The notes beneath the pieces were generated by a model. It ran no database searches, had not been told where the DNA came from, and saw only the letters and a list, made by a program, of their open reading frames with translations. This document shows, piece by piece, positions 1 to 11,923 of a DNA stretch of 64,000 bases. The position numbers and the translations under genes are program-made. Every line of letters begins with the position of its first letter. The stretch's first letter is position 1. Source of the stretch: Cetorhinus maximus (taxonomy: Eukaryota); the NCBI RefSeq assembly GCF_964194155.1, contig NC_135879.1:141360001-141424000 (forward strand), in the 5' to 3' direction.

Positions 1-790
1 TCAAACTTCTTGAGTGTTGTGGGAGCTGCACTCATCCAGTCAAGTGGGGAGTATTCCATCACACTCCTGACCTTTGCCTTGTAGATGGTGAAAAGGCTCT
101 GAGGAATCAGGAGGTGTGTTACTCTCCACAGAATCCCCAGCCTCTGACCTGCTCTTGTAGCCACAGTATTTATATGGCTGGTCCAGTTCAGTTTCTGGTC
201 AATGATACTACCCAGGATGCTGTTGTTTGGGGATTCAGCGATGGTCATGTCATTGAATATCAAAGGGGGATGGTTAGATTCTCTCTTGTCGGTGATGGTC
301 ATTACCTGGTACTTATGTATTAAATTTTACTTGTCACTTATCAGCCCAAGCTTTATTGTTGTCCTGGTCTTGCTGCATATACAAACAGACTGCTTCAGTA
401 GCTGAGGATTTGTGAATAAAACTATATGCTGTGCAATCATCAGCAAACATTCCCATTCCTGACCTTATGATAGAAGGAAGATCAGTGATGAAGCAACTGA
501 AGATGGTTGGGTCTAGAACACCGCCCTAAGGAACTCCTGCAGCAATGTCGTGGGACTGAGATGATTGGCCTCCAACAACCACAAATATCTTCCTTTGTGC
601 TAGGTATGACTCCAACCAGTGGAAAATTTTCCCCAATTCCCATTGACTTCAATTTTTCTAGGGATCCTTGATGCCACGCTGAGTCAAATGCTGCCTTGAT
701 GTCAAGGGCTGTCACTCGCACCTCACCTTTGGAATTCAACTCTTTTGACCATTTTTGGAAGGCTGCAATGAGGTCTGGAGCTGAGTGACA
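1..790 (-). mobile_element. Non-LTR retrotransposon fragment (family A, CR1/L2/Jockey-group RT), decayed
   Basis: Minus-strand ORF 482..739 reads GEVRVTALDIKAAFDSAWHQG (RT motif). The sequence is colinear with the copies at 18026-20996 and 38126-41296. Confidence 0.85.
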
Positions 791-794
791 TCAA

Positions 795-980
795 GAGAGC
801 ATTTAACTAAGTGTAGCATCAAGGAGCCCTAGCAAAATTGAAGTCAATGGGGAATCAGGAGGAAAACCCTCCATTAGCTGGAGTCATTCCTAACACAATG
901 GAAGATGGTTGAGGTTGTTGAAGGCCAATCAAATCAGCCCTGGGACATCTCTGTGGAGTTTTGCTGGGTAGTGTCCTGCA
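795..980 (+). mobile_element. Family A LINE RT fragment in opposite orientation
   Basis: gcatcaaggagccctagcaaaattgaagtcaatggg is the reverse complement of the 640-675 region. Confidence 0.7.
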
Positions 981-1120
981 GCACTCCATCAGTACTCAAA
1001 CAATGTAGCACCCCCTAAGCATCAGCCTTGATTTTTGTGCTCAAGTCCTGGCATCTGACTTGAACCCACAACATTCTGACTCCAAGGTGAAAGTTTCACT
1101 AAATGAACTGTGGTTGACAC
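975..1120 (-). mobile_element. tRNA-derived SINE head (Deu-SINE/SacSINE1-like)
   Basis: Minus strand reads gggttcaagtc (B box) ...gacttgagcacaaaaatcaaggctga...gtactgatggagtgctgc, resembling shark Deu-SINE heads as I recall them. Confidence 0.6.
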
Positions 1121-1124
1121 TGAA

Positions 1125-1965
1125 TTAATTTCCCACCACTATTCATGATTGGATGTGACAGGAATGCAGAGCTTTTATGTGATACATTAGTTGTGGGAAT
1201 ATTTAGTTTTGTCTATGGCATGCTGTTTAGCATGCATATCGTCTTGTGTTGTAGCTTCATCAGGTTGGCGCCTCAGTTTCAGGCACTCCTGCTGTTGTTC
1301 CTGGCATACTTTCCTACACTTTTCATTGAACCAGTGTTGGCCCCTTGACTGCATGGTAATAATAAAGTAAGGGATATGCTGGGCCATGGGGTTACTGATT
1401 GTGGTGACATTCAATTCTCCTGTTGTTGATAGTGGAAAGTGGCCCATGAATGCCCAGTTTTGAGCTGCGCAATTGTTCTGAATCTATCCCATAAAATGGT
1501 GGAGGGTGTCCTCAATGTGAATATGGGATCTTGTCTCCACAAGTACTGTGTGGCCGTCACACTTACCAATACTTTCTTAAACTGATGCAACTGCAACAGG
1601 CAAATTGCTGAGGACAAGGTCCAGCATATTTTTCCCTCATATTATCTCTTTCACCACCTGCCACAAGCCTAGTCTGGAAGATATGTCCTTCATGACTCAG
1701 CCAGCATGATTAGTAGTGGTGCTATGGAGCCATTGGATGATAGACATTGAAGTCTCCAACTCGAATCAGTACTCCTCCATGTTGAATACCATTTTGGAAG
1801 AAGCAATGAGGGTAGCAAGGGAACAGAATGTACTTTGAGAATGTACAGCTGAGAGAGGATGGAAGGTGTAATCATCAGGGGCTTCCTTGACCTGATGCCA
1901 TGAGACTGCATGGGGTCCGGGGTCAATGTTGAGTACTCCACAGGCCACTCCCTCCCGACTGCATG
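1125..1965 (-). mobile_element. Family A LINE fragment (endonuclease to linker), decayed
   Basis: Minus ORFs contain QHWFNEKCRKVCQEQQQ and GVLNIDPGPHAVSWHQVK, homologous to 19560-20420 and 38700-39560. Confidence 0.8.
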
Positions 1966-2772
1966 CGCTGAATTTTTGCTTCAGGAGCGGGAAACAGAGG
2001 TCAGGACTGATCCAGATGCTGAACCTGCCCCTGGGGCGTGGGGGGGGGGGGGGGGGGGGGGGGGGTGTGGGGGGAGCGATAGTCACAGACCTAGGATTTT
2101 CATGGAAATGCCACCCCCTTACTTGGCGTGAAGATAGATTTCCTGTCTAATTAAGGGTAGCAAATGAGTTTTCAAAGCTAGGTGGGGGCAATCAGAGGCC
2201 TTCCAGATTGAGAGGCGCAACAGACTGCAGTAAAGGGTAAGTAACTGAGAGGACACTTGAATGTGGAGGCCCCCTCTCACGAACTTCCTTAAAAATTGAA
2301 ATAAAAATCAGAAAAAGCAGTCAGTCGACTATTGTGGGTGGAGGAAATCCCTCTACAGGGTGGTCTTTGGCTGAAGCTGCAGCTAGGCAATTAGAGGCTT
2401 ATAGGCCTGCAGCTGGTAGGAGGCAGACTGGGGCCATCGAGGGGGATGTGGTTTAACTGCCCAGCAGTGCCACTAGGAGCAGTGGCCACTGCTGGAACTG
2501 CATCCAGTCCTCAAAAACTGGGGGCTTGGGGGGAAAGGGCATCACCAGGGTTAGGCTAGCAGGCCCCGGCCTGGGAGGTAAGGAGAGATTGGCAGCTGGG
2601 TGGACAGGGCAAGAGGGGAGGGGATATGCAGAGCTGTCTGGAGCTTGTAATATTGCAGCAGGGACAAGGTCGGCTGATAGGTGCCAGAAAAGGCAGCAAT
2701 GGCATCTTATGGTGCCTCCCCACCCCACCCCACCTGCAAATCCACCCACAGGGGAGCGTCAAATTCTGCCCA
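1965..2772. mobile_element. Non-autonomous TIR element (Harbinger/MITE-like)
   Basis: Ends gcgctgaatttt...aaattctgccc form imperfect TIRs. The GC-rich interior resembles 6000-6740 and 54451-55954. Confidence 0.55.
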
Positions 2773-2839
2773 GGATAATTGCAAGCTGTAGGTTCAAAGA
2801 TTCACATAAGCTGGCTCATCTGTCATATTCCTCATTCCT

Positions 2840-4620
2840 AACAACAACTTGCATTTATGTAGAAGAAACATAGTAAAAAGTCCCAAGGCGCTTCACAGGA
2901 ATATTATCAAACAAAATTGAACACAAAGCCAAAGTTTGGCCAAAGAGATAGGTCTTTAGGGGCATTTTAAAGAAGGAGATGGAGGTAGAGAGGCAGAGAT
3001 GTTTAGGGAGAGAATTCCAGAGCTTGGGGCCCAAGAGTAGCTGGAGCAATTAAAATAGGGGATGCACAAGAGGCCAGAATTGGGGAAGCAGAGAGATATC
3101 AGAGGGTTTTGGGGCTTAGGAAATTACAGAGGTAGGGAGGGGAAAATCAACGGAAGGACCTAAAAACAAGGATGAGAATTTTAAAATCGAGATACTGTCA
3201 GATCAGGAGCCAATGTTGGTCACAGAGCACAGAGGCAATGGGTACATGGGACTTGGTGTGAGGTAGGATACGGGCAGCAGAGTTTTGGATAGCTTCATGT
3301 TTACAGATGTTGGTAGATGGCAGGGGTGGAGGTAGGGGCCTGCTAGGGGAGTGTTAAAAGAATCAAGACTAGAGGTAAGGAAGACATGGATGAAGGCTTC
3401 AGCAGCAGATGAGCTTAGGTAAGGGCTGACATGGGGATTATTATGGAGGTGTAAGTGAGCAATCTTAATGGTGAAGCAGTTATATGATCTGAAACTCATC
3501 TCATGGTCAAATATGACACTAAGGTGTCATTGTCTGATCCAGGCTCAGACAACAACCCTGGAAAGGGATGGAATCGGTGGACAGGGATCGGAATTTTGGC
3601 AGCATCTGAAGATAATTTCTGCGCTCTTCTCAATATTTAATTGAAGGAAATTTCTGCTCAACCAGTTCTGGATGGATAGGTTGTGTGAGAAGTCAGAGAG
3701 ATTGGAGTGATCAAAAGAACTGGTGGTAAGTTGGAGCTGAGTGTCATTAACATATACATGGAACCTGACACCGGAAACTGACAGTGTCACCGAGGGGCAG
3801 CATGTGGCTGAGAAATAGGAAGGGATCAAAGAGAGATATTTATGAGACACCAGAGGTGATGGTGCAGGAGCAGAAAGCAAAGTCGTTGCAGCTGATTCTT
3901 TGGCTGTGACTGGGTGGATAAGAATGGAATAGTGAGTGCAGTCCCACCCAACTGGATAACAAAGCAGAGATGTTGGAGGAGTATGGTGTGGTAAACCTTG
4001 TTAAAGGTTGCAGACAGCCCCAGAACAATGATGTAATTTGTGACTTTGATAAGGGCCATTTGGCAGGAAGGATTCAAACATGAAGTTTCAGGAAAAATAT
4101 GCACGGATTTGGAAGGCGACAACATATTCAAGGGCTTTGTAGGGGAAAAAAAGTTCAAGATGGTGTGATTATTTGTAAGGTGTCAAGGGTGAGCTTTTTG
4201 AGGAGGGGGGAGATGATGGCAGATTTGAAGGAGATGAGGACAATATCTGAGGAGTATGAACCATTAACAATATCAGCTCACATGGGTGCCAGGAAAGGAA
4301 GTTGGGTGATCAGCAGTTTAGTGGGAATAGGTTTGAGGGAGCAGGAGGTGGGTCCCATGGGCACAATGAGCTCAGAAAGAGAATGGGGGAGGTAGGAACA
4401 AAACTAGAAAAAGATGCGAGTTGAGTGCTACGGCAGAGGAGCATTTAAAGGGAAGTTTGGTTTGGTGGGCCAGTGAAAGGGATGGATTCAGCAGTGGCAG
4501 TTGATCAGAATGTCTCAATCTTAGTGACAAAATAGTCCATTAGCTCCTCACGCAAGTTGGTGGAGGTAAAGGTAGAGTGGGCAAGTAAGAGGGATTTAAA
4601 AAGGCAATTTGTAATGGAAA
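2840..4620 (-). mobile_element. L2-clade LINE, 3' portion, decayed
   Basis: L2-type tail acaacaacttgcattta...cccaaggcgcttcacagg. Minus ORFs carry LWNSLPKHL, FIHVFLTSSLD, YVNDTQLQL, NWLSRNFLQLN and LSATFNKVYH. Confidence 0.85.
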
Positions 4621-5999
4621 AGACAAGCCAGGTTCAATGGCAAATACATACATTTGGGGTCACTTAGCGAGTTCAGTAAGAGAGCACTTAGTGAAGCACA
4701 AATGTACAGCTGAAGAGTGAATAAACATGGACATGGAGGAAGAAACAATTTCCCCTTTAGCTGCTAGGCCTAGGAATTTGAACTTCACAGAGTCTGTCTG
4801 CAGATGCAGTTTGATAGCTCACTTTTGACTAATGGCATTTTCAAACATTTCAGCCATGTCTCTTGACTGATGCTGGTTCCACCATAGTTGAGAATGCCAA
4901 TCTTCATAAAGCTTTATCTTCCTGTTGGTTTCTTAGTTGTTCATCACATTCTAATTATATTATTTCCCCAGGAAATCTGCTGTCTGATTTTTTGTTTTAT
5001 TTTTGAGGGAGAAGGTATTTAGGGAGAAATATAGTTTATTAGAGGTCATCCAAAGAGGTTAAAGAATTTTTACTATAAAATATAAGAAACAGGATTATCA
5101 GTTAGACATAATTAATAATCAGTGTTATTCTTTCATTACTGCCTTTGTAATGTCAGGATCTTATTCTGTGATCTACAAGAGGAGATTATCAACTGGATTT
5201 TATTCAGTAAAGGAAAATGTCGTTGTCTCACCCTTTGATAGGGACAAATTTACAGACAAATGAGGAACTTCTAATTCGGCTGCATTTTATTGCATAAAAC
5301 AAACACAGGATAATATTGGGTCAGATTAATAATGTACTCATATTTCATGGATTATACCAGCATCTTTCTCACAGTTAGATTGAAATTGATAATAAATCCT
5401 TGCCCTTAACAGTCTTTGACTCGATGAGAAAGCAAATTTAAAGTGTTTTTTCCCAAATTTTAGGAGTTCCTTTCAACCAGTCATAGTAAGTGAGTATCCC
5501 AGTGTCATGCTAGCACAACTAATGTCCCAGTATGGGTGATAAATTGTATCTGTTTACCTTGGACTGCAAGGAGGATTCCAGAAATCAAAAGGAGGACCTT
5601 CATTCTCTAAACTAAAAAAAACAAGAAATTCAATATATAGCCTTTTAAAATAAACATTTTTGGCTCTTAAAATATAATGGGATAGACCATGTTCCAGGTT
5701 CAGTTTCTTACTGAGTTAAGTTCAACTGTAAAAGCACCCTCATAATTCATAAAAATTAATTGCAGGTATTTCAGACTTGTGCAGTAATTCACTGCTGTAT
5801 TATTACTGAAGCCATATCTTACATGTATTAACACAGATAACACATGCATAGGAAATTATGACTACAATCATGACTTCATGTTGTTAGGTGAGCAGCAATT
5901 GCATTTTTTATTTGTTTGTGGGATGTGGGTGGGTGTCATTGGCTAGGTTAAGATTTATTGCCCATCCTTAATAAACCAGCTTCTCATAAGCAAATAGGG

Positions 6000-6740
6000 A
6001 TTGGCATTAAATACACCCTTAGCAGCGAAGGGGACATATAAAATAGGTGGCTAGCCCACCGCCTTCCTGTCCACCCCGAGTTGTCCAGCATATTATGGCG
6101 TGTGGGTAAGGTGTCGGCCAGCCCACCCTTAGACCTATGGAGGCCTTAACTGGCCAATTAATGGCCAATTAAGGGCCTTATTCTGCCTACACCACAATAA
6201 TACGTGCGGCTAGGGAAGGCAGAACAAAGGAGGGCAGCCCGCTATGTTTGCAACAGGCTAAAATGCAGGAAGTGAGGGGGGTACCTCCTTTTGGGGTTCC
6301 CCTGTGCCCATCGGGTGAAGACTCCAAGATCATACCCCTGCTTTTTGCATCCCCCTGTCCTGCAAAACCAGGCCCCTTTCCCCCAACCCCTCACAGGGTC
6401 ACTGACCCCTCCCTGACCAAAAGCCCTGGACTTACCTGTAAATCCAGTCTCCATGGATCTCCTTCTCAGGACTCCCTTGTAGTCCCAGCAGCGGCCACTA
6501 CTGGGTTCTGGCGCTGCTGGGACTACTCAGTAGCTGACAAATCAGGTTAGCCAGCAACTCTCAAGGGCAGAACTTCCCTTCCCTGAGGGGCTGAAGTTCC
6601 ACCTTGTTAAGACCTCCACCACCCACCCAAGGGTATTATCACTGCTGGGCAGCCCATTTTAAAATTGGCAAGCTGCCAACTAAACTTTCTGCTGTGGGAA
6701 GTGGGGAGGGGCAAGGAATACCTGGTAAAATTTGCCCCAA
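6000..6740. mobile_element. Non-autonomous TIR element (MITE-like), partial
   Basis: Right end aaaattttgcccc. Internal palindromic aggccttaactggccaattaatggccaattaagggcct. Core related in reverse orientation to 2440-2530. Confidence 0.5.
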
Positions 6741-7158
6741 TTTTTCTATGTTTAACATAGTGAGTGTTCTGAAGTCAGTTCTGGGGCTGCAGCTCATCAT
6801 TGAGATAATAAGCTTCATTCAATAACATATCAAATCTAAGCTGTATTATTTTCTTCGAACGGACTCACCATTCATCATCCAACCTCCTTTCTAATATATA
6901 TACAAAATACCAATATTCAATTAGCAGGTGCAGCAACGGAATCTTGATTTTCAAGAGAAAACATCACACAAATATAATACTTCCAACATAACAGATTCTC
7001 TCGATACCTGTAGGCTGTGTTTACTTTCAGGTTGGCACATAAACTGGATCACAATGTCAACAGAGTTTAGGTCAAAACATGGAGCTTTAATGCAACCGCA
7101 AAATCAAGCACGACAATAAGAAATATAAATTGGCCACGGTCACATGGAAACTGGCCCC

Positions 7159-7177
7159 CAGCCACCAGAGGGCGATA
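7159..7177 (+). promoter_or_regulatory. Candidate CTCF binding site
   Basis: CAGCCACCAGAGGGCGATA matches the CTCF core CCASYAGRKGGCR. It lies about 2.9 kb upstream of the SLC10A4 ATG. Confidence 0.55.
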
Positions 7178-7429
7178 ACATATAATGGTGCAAAATACTC
7201 CTAGTGGGAGGGTACCGGTGGTCATGGAGCACAAAATGAGATTGAGGAGTTGGAGTGTATGGTCTTAAAGCAGAGAGGGAGGGAGTAGAATAGTGGAAAT
7301 TCCAGAGAACATGTTCATGTTAAAAGAATAGCCTGAAAAAAATCAAACACAAGGAACGGGAAACACAGGATTATGTGGAATTTGAAGAGCAAGGGTTGCC
7401 AATAGTGGCATGGAAAGCTTTAAACTATT

Positions 7430-7632
7430 TCAAGGAAGAGCAGGGGAGTTATACTGGTGGCCTAGCCAAAATCCCTCAATCAACGTAACAAAAAAGGTCA
7501 TTATTACATTGCGGTGTGTGCAAAATTGGCTGCTGCATTTCCTATATTAAAAGAATGATCAGACTTCAAAAAAGTACTTAATTGGTTGAATTGGATGGTT
7601 GTGAGAGGCATTATATGAATGCAAGTGTCTTG
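7430..7632 (+). mobile_element. Deu-SINE 3' half with L2-like tail
   Basis: gagcaggggagtt...gtgtgcaaaattggctgctgcatttcc...ggcattatatgaatgcaagt. Confidence 0.6.
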
Positions 7633-8932
7633 TGCCAAATAAGATTTGTCAGTCTCAATGTAGTTTCTAGTCATCGTCATCAGTCCATCAAAATGAGGGT
7701 GATGCCTGCCAGGCTTCATGATTTGTGTGTCCTCAAGTGACTCAACAGGCTAATCCTGGAGCCACAGTTCTTTGAGCAGAGAGGACAAGAGTCGCCCAGG
7801 AAAGGGGTGAGGGGGGTAGTTCTCAAAATAGGGTTCTACTCTCCCTCGCTCCATTTTCAGTTCTTCTCCACAGCAGAGCTCATGCAGTTTCTGACTGTAT
7901 TGGATGAGGCAGTGCCATGCTACAGTTTGTGCAAATTCCTGTGCTCACCAATTTCAATTTGTCCCCTTTCAGTGAGGCCTTCAGATTGTCTTGGTGGAAA
8001 GACAGAGACAAAACCAAACCCTTCCCTGCGACTTCCTTCCCAGTACAGGGGGGAAGGTTTACTAGGAAGAGCCCTTTAAGTTTCTAGTAGGCAAGAGCTC
8101 AGAGCAAAAAACTGCCACTAGCTGGTTCTCGACTTGGCAATGGCATTAAGGAAGGTCATTATAGGAAGTGGAATATCTCAACTTGACAAGCTGCAGGGCA
8201 TTTTTCCATAGTTGGGGCTAAAGCCTGTGGTTGGGACCGAATAGGATTTTATTCTGCAATTGGCTCCTACTGTGCCTGTACTGGGAGTAGTTGCCATTGG
8301 GTTCCTGAAATGCAGAAATATATTCCCAGTGTCACTTTAATATGTACAAACTGTTCAATAATGTTATTTATTATGTTCCATTTCCATTTTATCAATATTT
8401 TAGTTAAAGCTCTCTGTACTGACGCTCAAGTACTGATGAGTTACTGAATCTTATTGCATGAGGGACTGAATTAATATTTGCAGAGAAAGTATCCGTAGCC
8501 CTGGGGCTGGAGAGTGACTATTTCAGTGTTAGGCTCAGTAATGCCTTCATGACAGTAATTCCCATGTCAACATGTTAAAATGAACAGGCAAAATAAACAT
8601 TTAGAAACAGGTTTAGAGCTAATCCGATTTTTTTTGAGGCTTTGCTTCACAAAAAGGGGTTTTTGCTCGCTCTGTTTTATTAACTCTGTATTTTGTGGAA
8701 TCTGATGAGAAGCAGTTTGCTTCACCTGATCCTGCAGCCAAGCCTCCCTTCACAACAACTATCACCGGGAATCCATTACCTTTGGGGGTCTTGAGATGAC
8801 CTACAGAAGCAACGGAGAAGCTGACCCTACACTTCCCACAGATCCGGCGAGAAAACTGAACAGGCAGCTGGTCCTAGCCCAGTGCTTTCTCCACTGGCAC
8901 GGAGGGCCCAGGGAGCAGTTGGCCAAGTGAGC

Positions 8933-9280
8933 ATTTTTTAAATATTCGTTCATGGGATGTGGACGTCAATGGCTAGGCCAGCATTTATTGCCCAACCCTA
9001 ACTGCCCTTGTTCAGAGGGCATTTTTTAAAAGAGTCAACCACATTGCTGTGGGTCAGGAGTCACATGTAGGACCAGACAGGAAGACCCTAAAGGACATTA
9101 GCGAACCACATCGGGTTTTTAACAACAAAAAGCAATAGTCACCATCAGACTGTAAATTCCAGATACTTTTATTGAACTTAAATTCCACCATCTGCCATGG
9201 TGGGATTTAAACCCAGGCTCCCAGAGAATTGCTCTGGATCGCTAGCCCAGTGACAATACCACTATGCCACCGCCTCCCCA
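8933..9280 (-). mobile_element. tRNA-headed SINE: family A LINE 5' head joined to family A LINE 3' tail
   Basis: Minus strand has A box TGGCATAGTGG (9259-9269) and a B-box-like GGGTTTAAATCCC (9202-9214). The body matches 38126-38380 and the tail gggcaataaatgctggcctagcca matches 41240-41265. Confidence 0.8.
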
Positions 9281-9957
9281 TAGGGGGAAGACCAGAAGGG
9301 TGGGAAGCACGTTTAAATCGGGAGAAAAATAATCATTTCCGGGAAAAGAAATCCGCTTTCCGCGATTGAAGTCTGATTTTTTTTACAAACTGGGTGCCGA
9401 TTTGTGTCCTTACAGCGTCTTAAGGTTAACGAACGCCTCCCAGACACCGGGAGGACCTGGGTGTCTACCGACTGAGAGAGTGCCCACTTCCATCACCTCA
9501 ACCAGACTCTCGCCCTGCACACCGAGACAGCAACATCAGCACTTGCTGCACATGTAAATACATTTCACGTAGAATGTAGGCAAGATATACAATGTAACTT
9601 ATATTCGATGGCTCCTAAAGGAATTGGTATGAAATAGAATTTACAGATACAATTAGCAACTTTTCGGAGTGTTTCTCAATTCGGTAATTTCACAGCGAGT
9701 CGCAATTGCCGCGCTTAATTCCAGAAATGGAAACCGCGAAGTAATGAATAAAAATGAGAGAAGACGAAACGGTGAGGCGATCAGTGAACAGAGGACCCTG
9801 AGCTCAGAAGATCGGCGTCCCCTCTCCAAGGAGATGCTAATCAGGCTTCTGGTGCTCATATCTAACATGACCGAGAGCTGTCCGCTCTCCAATAAAATCC
9901 CACTGGGAGAAACCATCGATGGCTGGGTTCACGGGAGGGTAGATTGCAGCCAGCTCA

Positions 9958-9963
9958 TATAAA
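9958..9963 (+). promoter_or_regulatory. TATA box of SLC10A4 within a CpG-rich promoter region
   Basis: TATAAA begins 78 nt upstream of the ATG. CpG dinucleotides are visibly retained over about 9300-10900. Confidence 0.6.
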
Positions 9964-10035
9964 TATATCTTGAGTGTAGTTAGGAGCGAGTGTCGTTTCT
10001 GAAGCAGAGCGAGAGCCCACTGGCAGCTCATCGAG

Positions 10036-10541
10036 ATGGAAACCTACACTCCAGTGGACAATGTTACTTGGGTCCCATCAGCTTTCCCGGATATTTTGAA
10101 TTTCACAGATTACTACATCAGCACAAGCTTCACCAGTCTGACAATCGCAGAAGTCTCCAGCCTCTGGACCCAAGAAGCTTCGACCCTGAGCGATGTTGCC
10201 GCCAGTGAGCTTTCTCTTGTTAACCGGGCCGTGCCCCTCTGGGACTCTGCCCTGAGCCAAGGTATCAATTTGCTGGTGGGGGGGATTCTGTGCTTCAGCA
10301 TGCTGGGCTTGGGCTGCACAGTGGAGACCAACCACCTCGGATATCACCTCAGGAGACCCGTGGGGATTCTGCTGGCTGCCATCTCGCAGTTTGTCATCAT
10401 GCCTTTGGTTGCCTTCCTCTTAGCCTTGGTCTTCTCTCTCAGTGAGGTGGCTGCGATCGCCGTGCTCCTGTGTGGTTGCTGCCCGGGTGGGAACCTCTCC
10501 AACATCATGTGTCTGCTGGTCAACGGGGACATGAACCTGAG
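10036..10541 (+). CDS. SLC10A4: SLC10A4 (sodium/bile acid cotransporter family member 4) coding exon 1
   Basis: METYTP...MLGLGCTVE...QFVIMPLVAFLLAL...CCPGGNLSNIMCLLVNGDMNLS is the SBF motif. Donor AG|GTAAC at 10542, phase 2. Confidence 0.95.
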
Positions 10542-10939
10542 GTAACTAACTCCTGCTGCACAGTTCAGAGTCCAGATGCAACAAGTCAGCCAATTATTCC
10601 ATACATTACATGCCCCCTTCCATTTAATTAGATCGCTTGGATTAAACTGAGTCAAAGTAACGGAGCTGAAAAGCTAATAACACCCCACGTTTGTATCTAG
10701 GATAAAGAACCGGAATAGTTTGCAGGAGAGGTGCATGGGGCGGGGGCAGGAGGGGGAGAGGAGCCCGCAGGTGGTGGCCCGAAGCCGGGCACTGAGCGGC
10801 CAGGTTCCCATCCCATCGGTAACTGAGGCCAAACTGGTACAAACTACCCGCGGCATTGCCCAATGATTGGAACATGGTCTCAAGGACAAGAAATTGGGGT
10901 TTCTTACATGGAATATCAATGAGGTGGGGGTGCAGGAGG

Positions 10940-11490
10940 CTGTGGGGTGGAGCAGGGTTGAGGGAGGATGCGATGTGGGGGTGAGGGAGGGTACGGGGTT
11001 GGGGTGAGGGAGGGTGAGTAGTGGGGTTGAGGGAGGGTGCGGGGTGGGGGTGAGGGAGGGTGCGGGGTGGGGGTGAGGGAGGGTGCGGGGTGGGGGTGAG
11101 GGAGGGTGCGATGTGGGGGTGAGGGAGGGTGCGGGGTGGGGGTGAGGGAGGGTGCGGGGTGGGGGTGAGGGAGGGTGAGGGATGGGGGTGAGGGAGGGTG
11201 CGGGGTGGGGGTGAGGGAGGGTGAGGGATTGGGTGAGGGTGGGTGCGGAGTGGGGGTGAGGGAGGGTACGGGGTGGGGGTGAGGGAGGGTGCAGGGTGGG
11301 GGTGAGGGAGGGTGCGGGGTGGGGGTGAGGGAGGGTGCGGGGTGGGGGTGAGGGAGGGTGAGGGATGGGGGTGAGGGAGGGTGCAGGGTGGGGATGAGGG
11401 AGGGTGAGGGATGGGGGTGAGGGAGGGTGCGGGGTGGGGGTGAGGGAGGGTGCGGGGTGGGGGTGAGGGAGGGTGTGCGGTGGGGGTGAG
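10940..11490 (+). repeat. G-rich 23-bp minisatellite (GGGTGCGGGGTGGGGGTGAGGGA)n
   Basis: More than 20 tandem copies with variant units, read directly from the sequence. Confidence 0.95.
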
Positions 11491-11712
11491 GATAAAGAGC
11501 TGCTAGGGTTGGGTGGAGAACAAGAACAGAGCTGCTGTGTCTGAGAGACCAGGTTGAATGCGGAGAATCAATGATTAGGTCCAAACTCCTTCTGGATGGA
11601 GAATGGTCCTGTAGAAATGGAGAATAAGCTGCAGTGCAGTGACTGGCCTGATACTGAGCCTTCAGGCTTTAGAGTTTGGTCTAATCTGTGTTGTCCTTTC
11701 CTTTTTTTTTAG

Positions 11713-11923
11713 TATAATCATGACTATCTCCTCCACGCTACTGGCCCTGCTACTGATGCCCTTGTGTCTGTGGATTTACAGCCGAGCCTGGATTAATACC
11801 CCTGTCGTTCAGCTCATGCCCTTCGGGGCCATAACCCTTACCCTCTGCTGCACGTTAATCCCGATTGGGCTGGGGGTCTTTATCAGATACAGATACAACA
11901 GAGAAGCAGACTTTCTCCTAAAG
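11713..11923 (+). CDS. SLC10A4: SLC10A4 coding exon 2 (211 bp)
   Basis: Acceptor tttttttttag|T ATA ATC ATG. Encodes IIMTISSTLLALLLMPLCLWIYSRAW...ADFLLK. Donor AAG|GTACAG. Frame is consistent with exons 1 and 3. Confidence 0.95.

Noticed and set aside
2040-2065. Poly-G run giving poly-Gly/poly-Pro ORFs
   Set aside because: It is a homopolymer inside a MITE-like element; its length is unreliable and there is no coding evidence.
9195-9280. tRNA gene
   Set aside because: A and B boxes are present but I see no complete cloverleaf or terminator, and the sequence continues into a retroelement body.
9848-9885. REST/RE1 site in the SLC10A4 promoter
   Set aside because: Half-site-like words (ggtgctca, gagctgtcc) are present but in non-canonical order and spacing, so support is insufficient.
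10916-11584. 222-aa proline/histidine-rich minus-strand ORF
   Set aside because: It is a translation of the C-rich strand of the 23-bp minisatellite, which has no stop codons by composition.
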